Position numbers and translations under genes: made by a program | Notes under the pieces: generated by a model | What the model saw: the letters and a program-made list of their open reading frames with translations, nothing else | The model's database searches: none | Told to the model about the DNA's origin: nothing | Assembly (NCBI RefSeq): GCF_002214165.1 | Contig: NZ_CP019964.1 | Location: forward strand, 420,001 to 452,000 | DNA: 32,000 nucleotides | DNA from: Candidatus Saccharimonadota bacterium | GTDB lineage: Archaea > Micrarchaeota > Micrarchaeia > Micrarchaeales > Micrarchaeaceae | Direction of reading: 5' to 3' | Part shown: one piece after another, positions 8,429 through 17,220 of the stretch | Numbering within the stretch: position 1 is the first letter of the stretch | Layout: every line of letters begins with the position of its first letter

Positions 8429-8656
8429 ATGACAGAGGATACTGCAATTATAACAGTGAGAGTGCCTAAAAAAGTAAAAATTGCCATGAATAAAGCAAAC
8501 ATAAATATCAGTAAAGAGATTAGGGATTACTTAGAGGCAAAAACAAGGTCTCTTGAATTATATGCCTTACTTCCAGAAATCTCTAAAAGAGCAAAAAATA
8601 GGAAAGTGACACTAAATAGCACTAGAATAATAAGAAAATATCGTGATTCCAGATGA
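8429..8656 (+). CDS. vapB: VapB-type antitoxin (ribbon-helix-helix-like)
   Basis: 75 aa. N-terminal ITVRVPKKVKIAM is typical of an RHH beta-strand. ATGA overlap with the downstream PIN gene. Confidence 0.7.
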   Translation: MTEDTAIITVRVPKKVKIAMNKANINISKEIRDYLEAKTRSLELYALLPEISKRAKNRKVTLNSTRIIRKYRDSR

Positions 8657-9069
8657 TGGTATTGGATGCCTCTGCAATTGTAAAACTAATTATAAATGAA
8701 TCTGAATCTGATTTTGTAAGGAAAAAAGTTGTATCAGAAGCAAAGAAAAGTGAACCTATTTATACACCAGATATCGCTTTGGCCGAATCTTTAAATGTCA
8801 TATGGAAGTATTCCAGCTTAAAAAGCCAAAATAACATCAATCAATATAAATTATTATCAGATCTGATGCTCTTATGGAATACCTTAACCGTTGTAAATAC
8901 AGCTACATTAGCCTCTTTAGCTATGAAAATTGCGGTAGATAATAAAATAACAATTTATGATGCATTATACGCAGCATTGAGTAAATTGGAAAATGCTCCT
9001 TTATTAACTTTTGACAAATACCTTAAAAGCAAAGCAACTGATATAGAAATAAAAGTAGTTACAATATGA
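8653..9069 (+). CDS. vapC: PIN-domain ribonuclease toxin VapC
   Basis: 138 aa. N-terminal MVLDASAIVKLIINE (first acidic PIN residue), later acidic residues, and size and context match VapC. Confidence 0.8.
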   Translation: MMVLDASAIVKLIINESESDFVRKKVVSEAKKSEPIYTPDIALAESLNVIWKYSSLKSQNNINQYKLLSDLMLLWNTLTVVNTATLASLAMKIAVDNKITIYDALYAALSKLENAPLLTFDKYLKSKATDIEIKVVTI

Positions 9070-9101
9070 ATCTTAATAGGTTATTTTTATTTTGAAGATG
9101 A

Positions 9102-9440
9102 TTACAACTGAAATTCCAAACTTTTATAGTCCTCTATTAGCCATTTCCATATTGGGACTAACTTTATTTTCCTTTTTATGCTTGTTGTATCCTCTATATA
9201 TCATTTTATTATAATTAAATTTCCACAATTCTGCTCAATGCTGGCTTTTACCAATGAATTGGTTTCCCTTTCTTTAATCTCATCGATTGACGATGCATAA
9301 GTTACCTGTATCAATGAATTCGTTTTGTCCTATTTCCTTAATAAGAAATCTATCTCCATGTTTGGTGCACTCTTCCAATATATCCGAAACGATAACTGTA
9401 TCAGGCCTTTTCTTTAATATTTCTTATTATTACTAACTTT
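9102..9440 (-). pseudogene. Decayed C-terminal remnant of a DUF4143-type ATPase paralogue
   Basis: The minus-strand translation gives [72 protein letters not shown]. The intact-looking copy at 24229..24666 reads [66 protein letters not shown]. The remnant has TGA in place of Trp plus an upstream frameshift. Confidence 0.7.
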
Positions 9441-9503
9441 TAATTATTTTATAATTATTAAATAATATTAAATAATTAATTAATATTTTAATTTAAAACA
9501 TTA

Positions 9504-10292
9504 TTATTTTAAAAGCGCTAGCAGGTAGCTTTTGACTTCGTTGTAATCTGGCGGGTTCCTTACCAGCCTGGACATTTCAGAATCCCACACCTTTCCTACA
9601 ATCTCTATTTTCTCTTTCAATCTCTCTAATGAAAATTCTTCATTATCTGTCCTGCCATAAAGTTGCATCTTTTTGCCGACAAGTTCAAGATTTGGCTTGG
9701 TATCGTATTTCCTGCACAGTATCCACGAATCGTACATATCCCTAGCTACCGGCTCCGTTCTCTCCATCAATGCTTTTATCTTGTCCGCCAACAGCTCGTT
9801 AACATCGAGCGAATTGATTATATAGGAAGGTATATCAGAATATATAGGCATCCTTGGCATATGCTTAACATCCATCATAGGTCTTTCAAATAGATTCATA
9901 TCTAAACCCAATGTTTGCACTGATTGCGGATTATTGGATATTGCATATAAAGGGCCCTTTATTTTAATCGTGTATTTTAACATATTCTTGTATTTTTCAA
10001 CTTTGAAATTTGCGTTGTACTGTAAGTTAATGCCTTTTATTGCCCTATTTATTAATTTTTTGATAACCTCAACTTCAGTAGGATTTTGTAATATGAAATC
10101 AAGGTCCTCTGAAAACCTTCCAGAGCCATACAATTTGGATATTGCCGTTCCTCCTCTAAATATTATATTTGTTGACCTATTGAATATTTGATATAGCATA
10201 AGCTCCTGTAAATAGTCTTTTTCGGCATCTTGTGTTTTAGGGAATCCGAGCCTATCCGCATAGGCCCTCCATTCTTTTGTCTCGTCTATCAT
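9504..10292 (-). CDS. abiEii: AbiEii/AbiGii-family nucleotidyltransferase toxin (type IV TA / abortive infection)
   Basis: Motif FRGGTAISKLYGSGRFSEDLDF is characteristic of the AbiEii NTase family. It follows the AbiEi-like gene directly (1-nt gap). Confidence 0.88.
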   Translation of the reverse strand: MIDETKEWRAYADRLGFPKTQDAEKDYLQELMLYQIFNRSTNIIFRGGTAISKLYGSGRFSEDLDFILQNPTEVEVIKKLINRAIKGINLQYNANFKVEKYKNMLKYTIKIKGPLYAISNNPQSVQTLGLDMNLFERPMMDVKHMPRMPIYSDIPSYIINSLDVNELLADKIKALMERTEPVARDMYDSWILCRKYDTKPNLELVGKKMQLYGRTDNEEFSLERLKEKIEIVGKVWDSEMSRLVRNPPDYNEVKSYLLALLK

Positions 10293-10293
10293 A

Positions 10294-10911
10294 TTATGAC
10301 CTAAATTTGATTTCTTTTACTTCTTTTTCAATTTTATTTATCTTTTCTTTTAGGTCCTTTGAGCCTATCCTCTTTATATATGATGAAAGCCTGCCTTTTT
10401 CAAGGATCCTTGATTCTTTTGCGTTTTCGTATGCTTCTTCTATATACGGAATCGGTAAATTGCCTATCAAAATTGCATCTATGATCGCTTTCTCAACATA
10501 TGCCACGAATGTGCCATCCTCTTTTGAGCGGTAGAACCCGAACATAAGCCTTCTTGGTATTTTGGTAAATATTATATTGTAACCTCCTATGCTAATGCCA
10601 TTGCTATGCCTTGCATCTGTCAATATATCAATTGCCGACAGGTTCTGCGTCGTTATCCCATAGTACTTGAACGCAGACATCATGCTAACATATGAAGGGT
10701 ATATTATATTGGATGCCACTGCATAAGGATTAGCATCTTTAAGATAATACTTGCCTTTTTCAATTCTTGAAATCTCTCCTCTATTTAACAATCTTGACAG
10801 GTAAAGCGATGTATATTTGATATCTTTATTCACAATCATTGAAGCTTCCTTAGTACTAAAAACAGGGATATTTAATGACTTTATCTCCTTTATAAATTGT
10901 AATTGATTCAT
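10294..10911 (-). CDS. abiEi: AbiEi-family antitoxin / transcriptional regulator
   Basis: 205 aa with an N-terminal wHTH-like segment (FSTKEASMIV...SLYLSRLLNRGEISRIEKGKYYL). Position upstream of abiEii. Confidence 0.75.
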   Translation of the reverse strand: MNQLQFIKEIKSLNIPVFSTKEASMIVNKDIKYTSLYLSRLLNRGEISRIEKGKYYLKDANPYAVASNIIYPSYVSMMSAFKYYGITTQNLSAIDILTDARHSNGISIGGYNIIFTKIPRRLMFGFYRSKEDGTFVAYVEKAIIDAILIGNLPIPYIEEAYENAKESRILEKGRLSSYIKRIGSKDLKEKINKIEKEVKEIKFRS

Positions 10912-10972
10912 TTTATCAACAATTATATATTATATTATTTATGCATCAAATAAATATATAAATAGTTGATTT

Positions 10973-10996
10973 ATTTCTATCAAAAATGATAGAAAT
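10973..10996. promoter_or_regulatory. Perfect palindrome ATTTCTATCA-aaaa-TGATAGAAAT upstream of abiEi (candidate operator)
   Basis: 10-bp arms with a 4-bp spacer, 62-85 bp upstream of the abiEi start (10911). Confidence 0.45.
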
Positions 10997-11103
10997 AATA
11001 TTATTTTTATGAAGAAAGCTTTGTTTAGATATGAAAATTAAACATTTTGTTATCTCTCCACTGATAAAGTCAACTTCATCCAAGAGAATAAAGTTATTTT
11101 TAC

Positions 11104-12168
11104 TCAGTACGCAGTGGTTATAGTAAGATGGTGGTTTGCAGTTTTTATTTGCCTTCCTGCGGACCAGAGCAGATAGTCTATACCAAGCTGGTTTATCTTT
11201 GAACTCTTGTTAAAGCGCTTTATTTCTTCCTCAATACGATCTGCAGCTAGTATAGTAGCAGCACGCAGCTCTACCTCCTCTTTGCTTCCACTTTTAAGAA
11301 GCACTCCATTGTTTATATCATTGCTCAAACTCTCATTATAATTTAATATACCTATTGAGTTGAGTACCTTTGGCAGCTCGTAATCTGCGAACACTGAAAG
11401 CTTCTCTTCTTCTCCTTGCTTAAATATATTTTTTCCAAGCCCTAAAAACTTTTCAAAGGTCATTGCAGCTGTAAGTTGTGCTCTCTTATCAAATTTTATC
11501 TTTATTTCTTTGTAATCGCTTTCATCTCTGAAAGATGGAAAATCAGAAACGAGTAATTCAACAAATCCTTTGCCGTTATCAAACATCATTTCCTTACCCA
11601 ATTCATAACCTTTTAATATATTGTAAAATTTACCATCATATTTCTTGCATAATACATTTCCTACTTCATTGAGTATATCAAGTCTCTCTTGCAGCATTGG
11701 TATTTTTGACTTGGAGTTGTAAATTTCTTCTAATTCTTTGTAGGATATAGTTGAGAGGAATTCGCCATCAAGCAATGGTACACCTCTTTCTATAGCCTTT
11801 TTAATGGATGCCCACATACCCATAGCACCAACATAATCACTACCTTTGTACTCTGCAACGTATTTTTGCTTTGTTATAAAATCAGTAAATGCGAAATTCT
11901 GTGTATTACCTAATATTATGAAACTAATTGTAGCTTTATTCGCCTTTTCAGGGAAAACAGGTAGGTCCCATTTTGGCAATGAAACTTTAGAAAAGGCGTT
12001 ATTCTTTGCAAAATCCAATAAAGCTTTATTATTTATACTTACATATTCGGCTACATTCATTATCTTTTCTGCATCCTTGTTAAGCTCTTCTCTGAAAGCA
12101 CCCTTTTTAAATTCGATCCTTTTTTCCTTGCTAACCATATATTCACCAAAACTTTCAATATGCACCAA
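11104..12168 (-). CDS. QNG1/DUF2419-family protein (queuosine-5'-phosphate N-glycosylase/hydrolase homologue)
   Basis: Colinear blocks match human QNG1 (C9orf64) recalled from memory. Examples: FPSFRDESDY..FDKRAQLTAAM vs FPSYRDVTLF..FYKRAQILVAD; VFADYELPKVLNSIGIL vs MFADYRLPQVLAHLGAL; EVELRAATI vs EVEIRGCSL; IDYLLW vs LDYYLW. The tracked start is TTG 12168; ATG 12138 is an alternative. Confidence 0.82.
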   Translation of the reverse strand: MVHIESFGEYMVSKEKRIEFKKGAFREELNKDAEKIMNVAEYVSINNKALLDFAKNNAFSKVSLPKWDLPVFPEKANKATISFIILGNTQNFAFTDFITKQKYVAEYKGSDYVGAMGMWASIKKAIERGVPLLDGEFLSTISYKELEEIYNSKSKIPMLQERLDILNEVGNVLCKKYDGKFYNILKGYELGKEMMFDNGKGFVELLVSDFPSFRDESDYKEIKIKFDKRAQLTAAMTFEKFLGLGKNIFKQGEEEKLSVFADYELPKVLNSIGILNYNESLSNDINNGVLLKSGSKEEVELRAATILAADRIEEEIKRFNKSSKINQLGIDYLLWSAGRQIKTANHHLTITTAY

Positions 12169-12242
12169 ATAAAATCTTATCTATTATTAATTTATCAGTT
12201 AGTATTAAAAATTAATGTTAAATGTTTTTTAATTTTAAATTT

Positions 12243-12370
12243 ATTTTGTCCTATTTCTTAATAAGTGATTTTCCTATATGCTAAATGAATTTTTCCAATA
12301 CATTAAAATGATAAGTATCAAGCCTTTTCTTTAATAATTCTTTACTATCATTAAATCTTTTTCAATTCTA
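12243..12370 (-). pseudogene. Short remnant homologous to the upstream part of the 9102..9440 ATPase remnant
   Basis: ttttgtcctatttc(c)ttaataag...ccaata...agcc/ggccttttctttaata is shared with 9331-9445, roughly 70-75% identity by eye and in the same orientation. The translation carries stops. Confidence 0.5.
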
Positions 12371-12501
12371 TTTAGTAGATATTAACTGATAAATTTTATA
12401 AATCAATTAAAGGCAAAGCGACTAACATAAGAATGTAGGTAACCAAAGCATGGGTTTTAATAAATTATTTTTATTTAAAGGATTATAAATAAGACAATAT
12501 A

Positions 12502-13716
12502 TCACTTTCCCCTTATTATCCGGATAGCTTTATCCAATACGGGATCTTTTCCATCTCTTATATCTTTAAGTGTTGGATATACAACGATATCCGGCTTTAT
12601 GCCAATCCCTTCAAATTCGCTTCCGTCAGGTAGCCAGCACCTGTAAGCGCCTATTGTTACCCTTATATCGCCAAATTCAAGTGGGTAAGGCTCTCCAGTA
12701 GTCCCCGCAGTGGTCGAACCTATAATCACGGCTCTCTTGCTCATCTTGAATGGCATAAGGAAGTTCTCAGCCGCGGAGATAGTTCCGTGATCCATAAGCA
12801 TGAACAGTCGCCCCTTATAATGATTCGCGGAAGGCTTGTAATGCTCCTGCCTTTCGTAAGCATATTCGTGGGATTTCAGCTTCTTTCCTGAATATGTGCT
12901 TTCTATCACATCCTTCGTGCTATTCTGCTTCGTGTAAGCGAATATCTCGCCTTCCCACTCCCTGTCCATAAGCAGCCTCATCAGCCTTCTCGGTGTGGAG
13001 CCGCCGTTATTGCCCCTTACGTCTATTATCAGCGATTCGCAGTCCATCATGCCCTTTACCGCTTTTATTGCCTCCGCTTCCGAATTAATGCCATCCTCGG
13101 TACAGAAGTCTTTTATCCGCAAGTATCCGATATTCTCATCAATCCTTGAATGGCTTATCCTCTTCCTTTTTAATAGCTCCCTTGGATAACTCCGCTTTTT
13201 TACTTCTATTGCTTTTCCATTTCCAAGCCCAACCTTAAAGCTTTCCGGAAAGTATATCGGCCAGAATAAATCGTTGCGCCTCATCCTTTCGCTTGAGCCA
13301 TAGATATGCTTGCTCAAACGCTTGTAAAACCTTTCCACAGGGATTCCATCAACGGACTTTATTGTATCTCCAGGCACGATTCCCGCGACAACGCTCCAAT
13401 GTACTACCCATTTCCTCAGCCTGTCATGGTAGAATGCTAAAAATCCTATGTGCTTTGAGCCTAATATGTCATCGAAGTACATAGAGTGCCCATTATTGAG
13501 GTCCGCGATTAGTTTTGACATTGCCATGAAAAGGCGATGCCGATCCTTGGCCTCAATGACCTTGTTTATATACCTGTCGTAAAGCTCGTCCGTATCCTTG
13601 AATGAAACCCCTTCCCAGTGCCCAAAATACCTGTCTATCGCATATAGGGTCTTTGAGAAAATTTTGATCCTTTCCTTGAGTGGAATTTCCGATAATGCCG
13701 TTTTGCTCTTTGCCAT
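12502..13716 (-). CDS. S41-family serine peptidase (tail-specific/C-terminal processing protease-like)
   Basis: DVRGNNGGS and DHGTISAAENF motifs (S41 catalytic Ser region), with a PDZ-like segment GDTIKSVDGIPV. No signal peptide. Confidence 0.8.
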   Translation of the reverse strand: MAKSKTALSEIPLKERIKIFSKTLYAIDRYFGHWEGVSFKDTDELYDRYINKVIEAKDRHRLFMAMSKLIADLNNGHSMYFDDILGSKHIGFLAFYHDRLRKWVVHWSVVAGIVPGDTIKSVDGIPVERFYKRLSKHIYGSSERMRRNDLFWPIYFPESFKVGLGNGKAIEVKKRSYPRELLKRKRISHSRIDENIGYLRIKDFCTEDGINSEAEAIKAVKGMMDCESLIIDVRGNNGGSTPRRLMRLLMDREWEGEIFAYTKQNSTKDVIESTYSGKKLKSHEYAYERQEHYKPSANHYKGRLFMLMDHGTISAAENFLMPFKMSKRAVIIGSTTAGTTGEPYPLEFGDIRVTIGAYRCWLPDGSEFEGIGIKPDIVVYPTLKDIRDGKDPVLDKAIRIIRGK

Positions 13717-13755
13717 GGATTTGCCCCGATTATTTGCTTATTTGTCTAATGCCTT

Positions 13756-14652
13756 TTATTTTGTTGCGAATTCATCTCCCTGTATTGAGCCAACGCTCTT
13801 GCAGTACGCCTCGTCCGTATCGATTACGCTTGAATTCGTAGAGTATTCGCATATGATTGATCTTGCGTTAAGCAGCACCTGTATTGATGTGTACTTTGAA
13901 GTTGGATAGTTGGTGGTCTGGTAGTTTATCGAATTAGGTATGCCGCTTCTACTGTTGTAATGCACTTCCGTCCATAAGCTGGTAGGCGTATCCTCTGTGC
14001 CATTCTGCATAAGCCCTAGGTAGCTGTTGGAGTAAAGGAAGTTCTCCGTCTGCCCGTCTTTGAGGTTCGTGACGCTGAATATTGCCCCGGTGCCGTTTAT
14101 TATATGGATGTGGAGCTCGAAATGCTGGGCAGTCCCTTCCGTATTCGGTATAATCTTTACGTGATTGTTTACCATCTGGTTATCGTTCCATATCTGCTCG
14201 TCTATATAATATGAATCGTTGTAATTTGCCATCTTATTCCTTGTTATGCAGTCCTGCAGCCAGTATCCATTCGAATAGCCGTTCAGGCAGATTGCTATGT
14301 CAGAATTTGAAAGGTTGATTGAGAAATTTTTTATCGTGATATAGCTTGTCAAGTTATATGTTTTATTTGGAACTGTTATCCTTCTGTCCATCAGAAGGTA
14401 TTTTGAGAATTGCCCTCCCTCCTCATATAGCACTCTTGGCGTATTCACTATGCAGGAATAATTGTACTGGCCGCACATGAAATTCGTTATTCCTAGCATA
14501 TTGTTGGCATCGTCCATAAATGAGAATACGGGCCTTGCCGCCGTAAATGCCGTAGATTGGTCAATCAAGTAATAATATATCTGGGTAGGGTACATTAGGA
14601 GCATCACAAATGCAAATGCAACTATTATCGCAAACCATCCTTGCCATCCCAT
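13756..14652 (-). CDS. N-terminally anchored, sequon-rich extracellular protein (hypothetical glycoprotein)
   Basis: N-terminal helix WFAIIVAFAFVMLLMY, more than 12 N-x-S/T sequons and several Cys. Lies divergent from the GT2 gene. Confidence 0.7.
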   Translation of the reverse strand: MGWQGWFAIIVAFAFVMLLMYPTQIYYYLIDQSTAFTAARPVFSFMDDANNMLGITNFMCGQYNYSCIVNTPRVLYEEGGQFSKYLLMDRRITVPNKTYNLTSYITIKNFSINLSNSDIAICLNGYSNGYWLQDCITRNKMANYNDSYYIDEQIWNDNQMVNNHVKIIPNTEGTAQHFELHIHIINGTGAIFSVTNLKDGQTENFLYSNSYLGLMQNGTEDTPTSLWTEVHYNSRSGIPNSINYQTTNYPTSKYTSIQVLLNARSIICEYSTNSSVIDTDEAYCKSVGSIQGDEFATK

Positions 14653-14774
14653 AAAATACCAATTTGCATGAGGATTTTAATTTTAAATAACTTTTTATTT
14701 TTGATGGATTTTGTTGCAGCTTGTAATGACCTAATATACTGGTTATTAGACAAAAAACGAACATATTTATATTC

Positions 14775-16235
14775 ATGCTCCCATTTTTTACTAAAATTCT
14801 GTATCTCATTTTTAACGTGACTAACATGATAACAACGATAGACGATATTGTAGCAGCATATAATGTGGCATGGGCATCGGTAAATACTTACAACCTCTAT
14901 CCAATGCTTAGGAGCAGTAAGGCAACGGATGACCCTACTGAGAAGGAACTTAACACATTCAGGAAGGAATACTGGGGAAAGCTCGATAAAATGACCATAC
15001 TCGTGCCTGCATATAAAGAGCAAAAGACGTTATATTCATGCGTAAAAGCAATAAACGAATCCAGTTATCCAAAGAGCAAGCTGGAAGTGATCATCCTATT
15101 GGAGAAGGATGACACAAGCACTATAGAAGTAGCCAACAGGATAGCTTCAAAATTCAAGAACGTCAAAAGCATCGTGGTTGAAGATGAAGTAAATAAAAAA
15201 GGAAAGCCACGAGCTCTTAACTACGGCTTGAAGATGGCAACAGGGGATGTTATAGGAATCCTTGATGCTGAAGATATGGTATCGAAAGACGCATTCATAA
15301 GGACTGCGTATATGATGCAGAATAAGGATTACGGTGTTGTCCAAGGAATACTTGACATGGTAAACGAGGGTGATGGATGGAAGAACCTTATGCTTAGGGC
15401 GGAGTATGGCTACTGGTTTAACACGTATCTTAAAGCCCTTAAAAGGGCGGACTATCCTTTGCCTTTCGGAGGCACGACCAACTTCTTTAGGAAGGACACC
15501 CTCCAAAAGCTAGGAGGGTGGGACTCCAATAACCTGACTGAGGATTTTGAGCTTGGGATGAAGATATTTGCAAATAATTCCAAGATAAGGGAGAATGTTA
15601 GGAAGAATGCAGGCAAGTTGAATACTAACGGAAATGCTTCCTCGGAGGATCCTATAAAGCTCGGCATTATCAGGTCGGTAACAAGGGAGGAATCACCCCC
15701 CACGATGAAAGGATGGATGAGGCAGAGGACAAGATGGCAGCAGGGAAAGATACAGACCCTTCGCAAGGAGATGAATGACGACCAATTGAGCCTAAGGACA
15801 AAAGCGCATATATTCTTTTCATCTGTCCAGCCCCACATCTCTGTCATAAACCTTACAGGAATAGGGATAAGTGTATATGCTTATCTCGACAAAGCCCTCA
15901 GCCTTCCTGTTGAGATAGTAGCAGGCTTCAATGCTGTTATGGTTGCATTCTATGCAACGATGAATGCGGCAGGCTACCTTTGGGTTACAAAGCCGGAAAA
16001 GGAGACCATAAAGTACAGGCATCTTAAGGCGGTTGTTACGGCTGTCACACTTCCCGCTTACTGGGCTATGCAGTGGGTTGCTGACATGAAAGCGCTTAAG
16101 CTTGAGTACATTGACAAATCCAATGTATGGTACAAGACGGAGCATTTCGGAAGGCACATAGATGATAGGCAATTGGAGAAGACACTTGCAGAGGATATGC
16201 ATCCCGCAACCGTAAACAATTCGGATAATAAGTAA
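14775..16235 (+). CDS. Family 2 glycosyltransferase, processive-type, with C-terminal membrane helices
   Basis: ILVPAYKE..., GKPRALNYG, DAED (DxD) and QRTRWQQG (QxxRW) motifs. Hydrophobic helices after residue ~370. A TATA-like atttatat at 14764-14771 suggests the real start may be ATG 14826. Confidence 0.85.
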   Translation: MLPFFTKILYLIFNVTNMITTIDDIVAAYNVAWASVNTYNLYPMLRSSKATDDPTEKELNTFRKEYWGKLDKMTILVPAYKEQKTLYSCVKAINESSYPKSKLEVIILLEKDDTSTIEVANRIASKFKNVKSIVVEDEVNKKGKPRALNYGLKMATGDVIGILDAEDMVSKDAFIRTAYMMQNKDYGVVQGILDMVNEGDGWKNLMLRAEYGYWFNTYLKALKRADYPLPFGGTTNFFRKDTLQKLGGWDSNNLTEDFELGMKIFANNSKIRENVRKNAGKLNTNGNASSEDPIKLGIIRSVTREESPPTMKGWMRQRTRWQQGKIQTLRKEMNDDQLSLRTKAHIFFSSVQPHISVINLTGIGISVYAYLDKALSLPVEIVAGFNAVMVAFYATMNAAGYLWVTKPEKETIKYRHLKAVVTAVTLPAYWAMQWVADMKALKLEYIDKSNVWYKTEHFGRHIDDRQLEKTLAEDMHPATVNNSDNK

Positions 16236-16330
16236 ATGCAATATTTCATTTTGTGTTCTTGAATTTTGAAACCAGAAGTAAATTCTGCCTGGGTGCCTGT
16301 CTTTCAAGGGCAAGCTTATCGAAATTCCGT

Positions 16331-16711
16331 TTAAGGCATTTCTAGGGAGCCCTTCAGATTTTGGAATAAACCGGAAATCTGGTCAATAATATCTTTATTA
16401 TCCAAATTGTACTCTTTAGATATTTGAGCGTAGTCTTTATATATAACGTAGCACCTTTTATTCTGCTCAATAATTAATATCTTCAATGGCAGTTCTATCC
16501 CCAATTCCGCATTTTTCTTCATAAGGATAGTCCCACCTTTGGCATTTCCGAATATGATAAGTTTGGAATTTATAAAATCCAATCCGGCATCCTTGGCGTT
16601 TTTACCATGATCCACGACACAGAATATTGTGAATCCTTTGGAATTTAAAAAATTTGTGATATTGTCAAAAGTACCTTCAAAATCATATTTGCTCTCAATT
16701 CTTACGTTCAT
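16331..16711 (-). CDS. DUF302 domain protein
   Basis: FTIFCVVDHGKNAKDAGLDFINSKLIIFGNAKGGTILM...LPLKILIIE matches the DUF302 pattern. I trimmed the tracked ORF (16831) to Met41 (ATG 16709-16711) because the upstream part overlaps the arsR promoter and start. Confidence 0.8.
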   Translation of the reverse strand: MNVRIESKYDFEGTFDNITNFLNSKGFTIFCVVDHGKNAKDAGLDFINSKLIIFGNAKGGTILMKKNAELGIELPLKILIIEQNKRCYVIYKDYAQISKEYNLDNKDIIDQISGLFQNLKGSLEMP

Positions 16712-16751
16712 TTTAACCAATATGAAAATGAAAAAGAAAAGTTTAATAATA

Positions 16752-16773
16752 CATATGATAAATTTATCATATG
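16752..16773. promoter_or_regulatory. Perfect 22-bp palindrome CATATGATAAATTTATCATATG in the DUF302/arsR divergent promoter (candidate ArsR-type operator)
   Basis: Read directly from the sequence. It overlaps the first candidate ATG of arsR (16771); a second in-frame ATG is at 16780. Confidence 0.6.
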
Positions 16774-17154
16774 ATAAAAATGTCATATAATAAACTTGAT
16801 GATCAATCCATTTCACTATTCTTTGGGGCAATAGCCAATCCCAAAAGATTTAGGATACTGGTAACACTAAATGAAAGAGGGCCAATGTGTGTTTCCCAGC
16901 TTGAAGAACTCCTTGGCATAGAGCAGTCCGATCTTTCGCATAACCTGCAGTGCCTGCTCAATTGCAGGTTTGTCAACAGGGAGCAGAGGGGAAAGGAGAA
17001 GGTCTACAGCTTAAACGAAGACATGAAGGTATTGGTTGATTCGATAAATAGCCATATAGAGGCTTATGACAGGTATATCAAATCATGCGAAATTGTAAAT
17101 GATAAAAATTTGGTCAAAGGCGTTGATAATGGAAAATTATCAAATTTGGCGTAA
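16771..17154 (+). CDS. ArsR/SmtB-family metalloregulator (likely mer-operon regulator)
   Basis: LFFGAIANPKRFRILVTL...MCVSQLEELLGIEQSDLSHNLQCL...VYSL is a typical ArsR wHTH. It lies directly upstream of merA on the same strand. The last 4 codons and the stop are supplied by the IS left end (see findings). Confidence 0.85.
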   Translation: MIKMSYNKLDDQSISLFFGAIANPKRFRILVTLNERGPMCVSQLEELLGIEQSDLSHNLQCLLNCRFVNREQRGKEKVYSLNEDMKVLVDSINSHIEAYDRYIKSCEIVNDKNLVKGVDNGKLSNLA

Positions 17155-17156
17155 AA

Positions 17157-17177
17157 CCCACACGCTTCAGCGGTGGG
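17157..17177 (+). repeat. IS left-end subterminal hairpin
   Basis: cccac-a-cgc-[ttca]-gcg-gtggg: 5+3 bp stem with an A bulge and a 4-nt loop. Confidence 0.7.
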
Positions 17178-17220
17178 ATATAAGCCACCGCAACAGTAGA
17201 AATAATTAGTATAAATAAAT

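Noticed and set aside
14561-15023. Minus-strand ORFs 14561..14827 and 14625..15023 between the glycoprotein and GT2 genes
   Set aside because: They overlap the starts of two better-supported genes and the promoter region. They are Cys/His/Ile-rich with no motifs.
15147-16313. Minus-strand ORFs 15147..15506, 15452..15847, 15819..16313 and 16058..16249
   Set aside because: They lie antisense inside the GT2 gene, which has clear DxD and QxxRW motifs.
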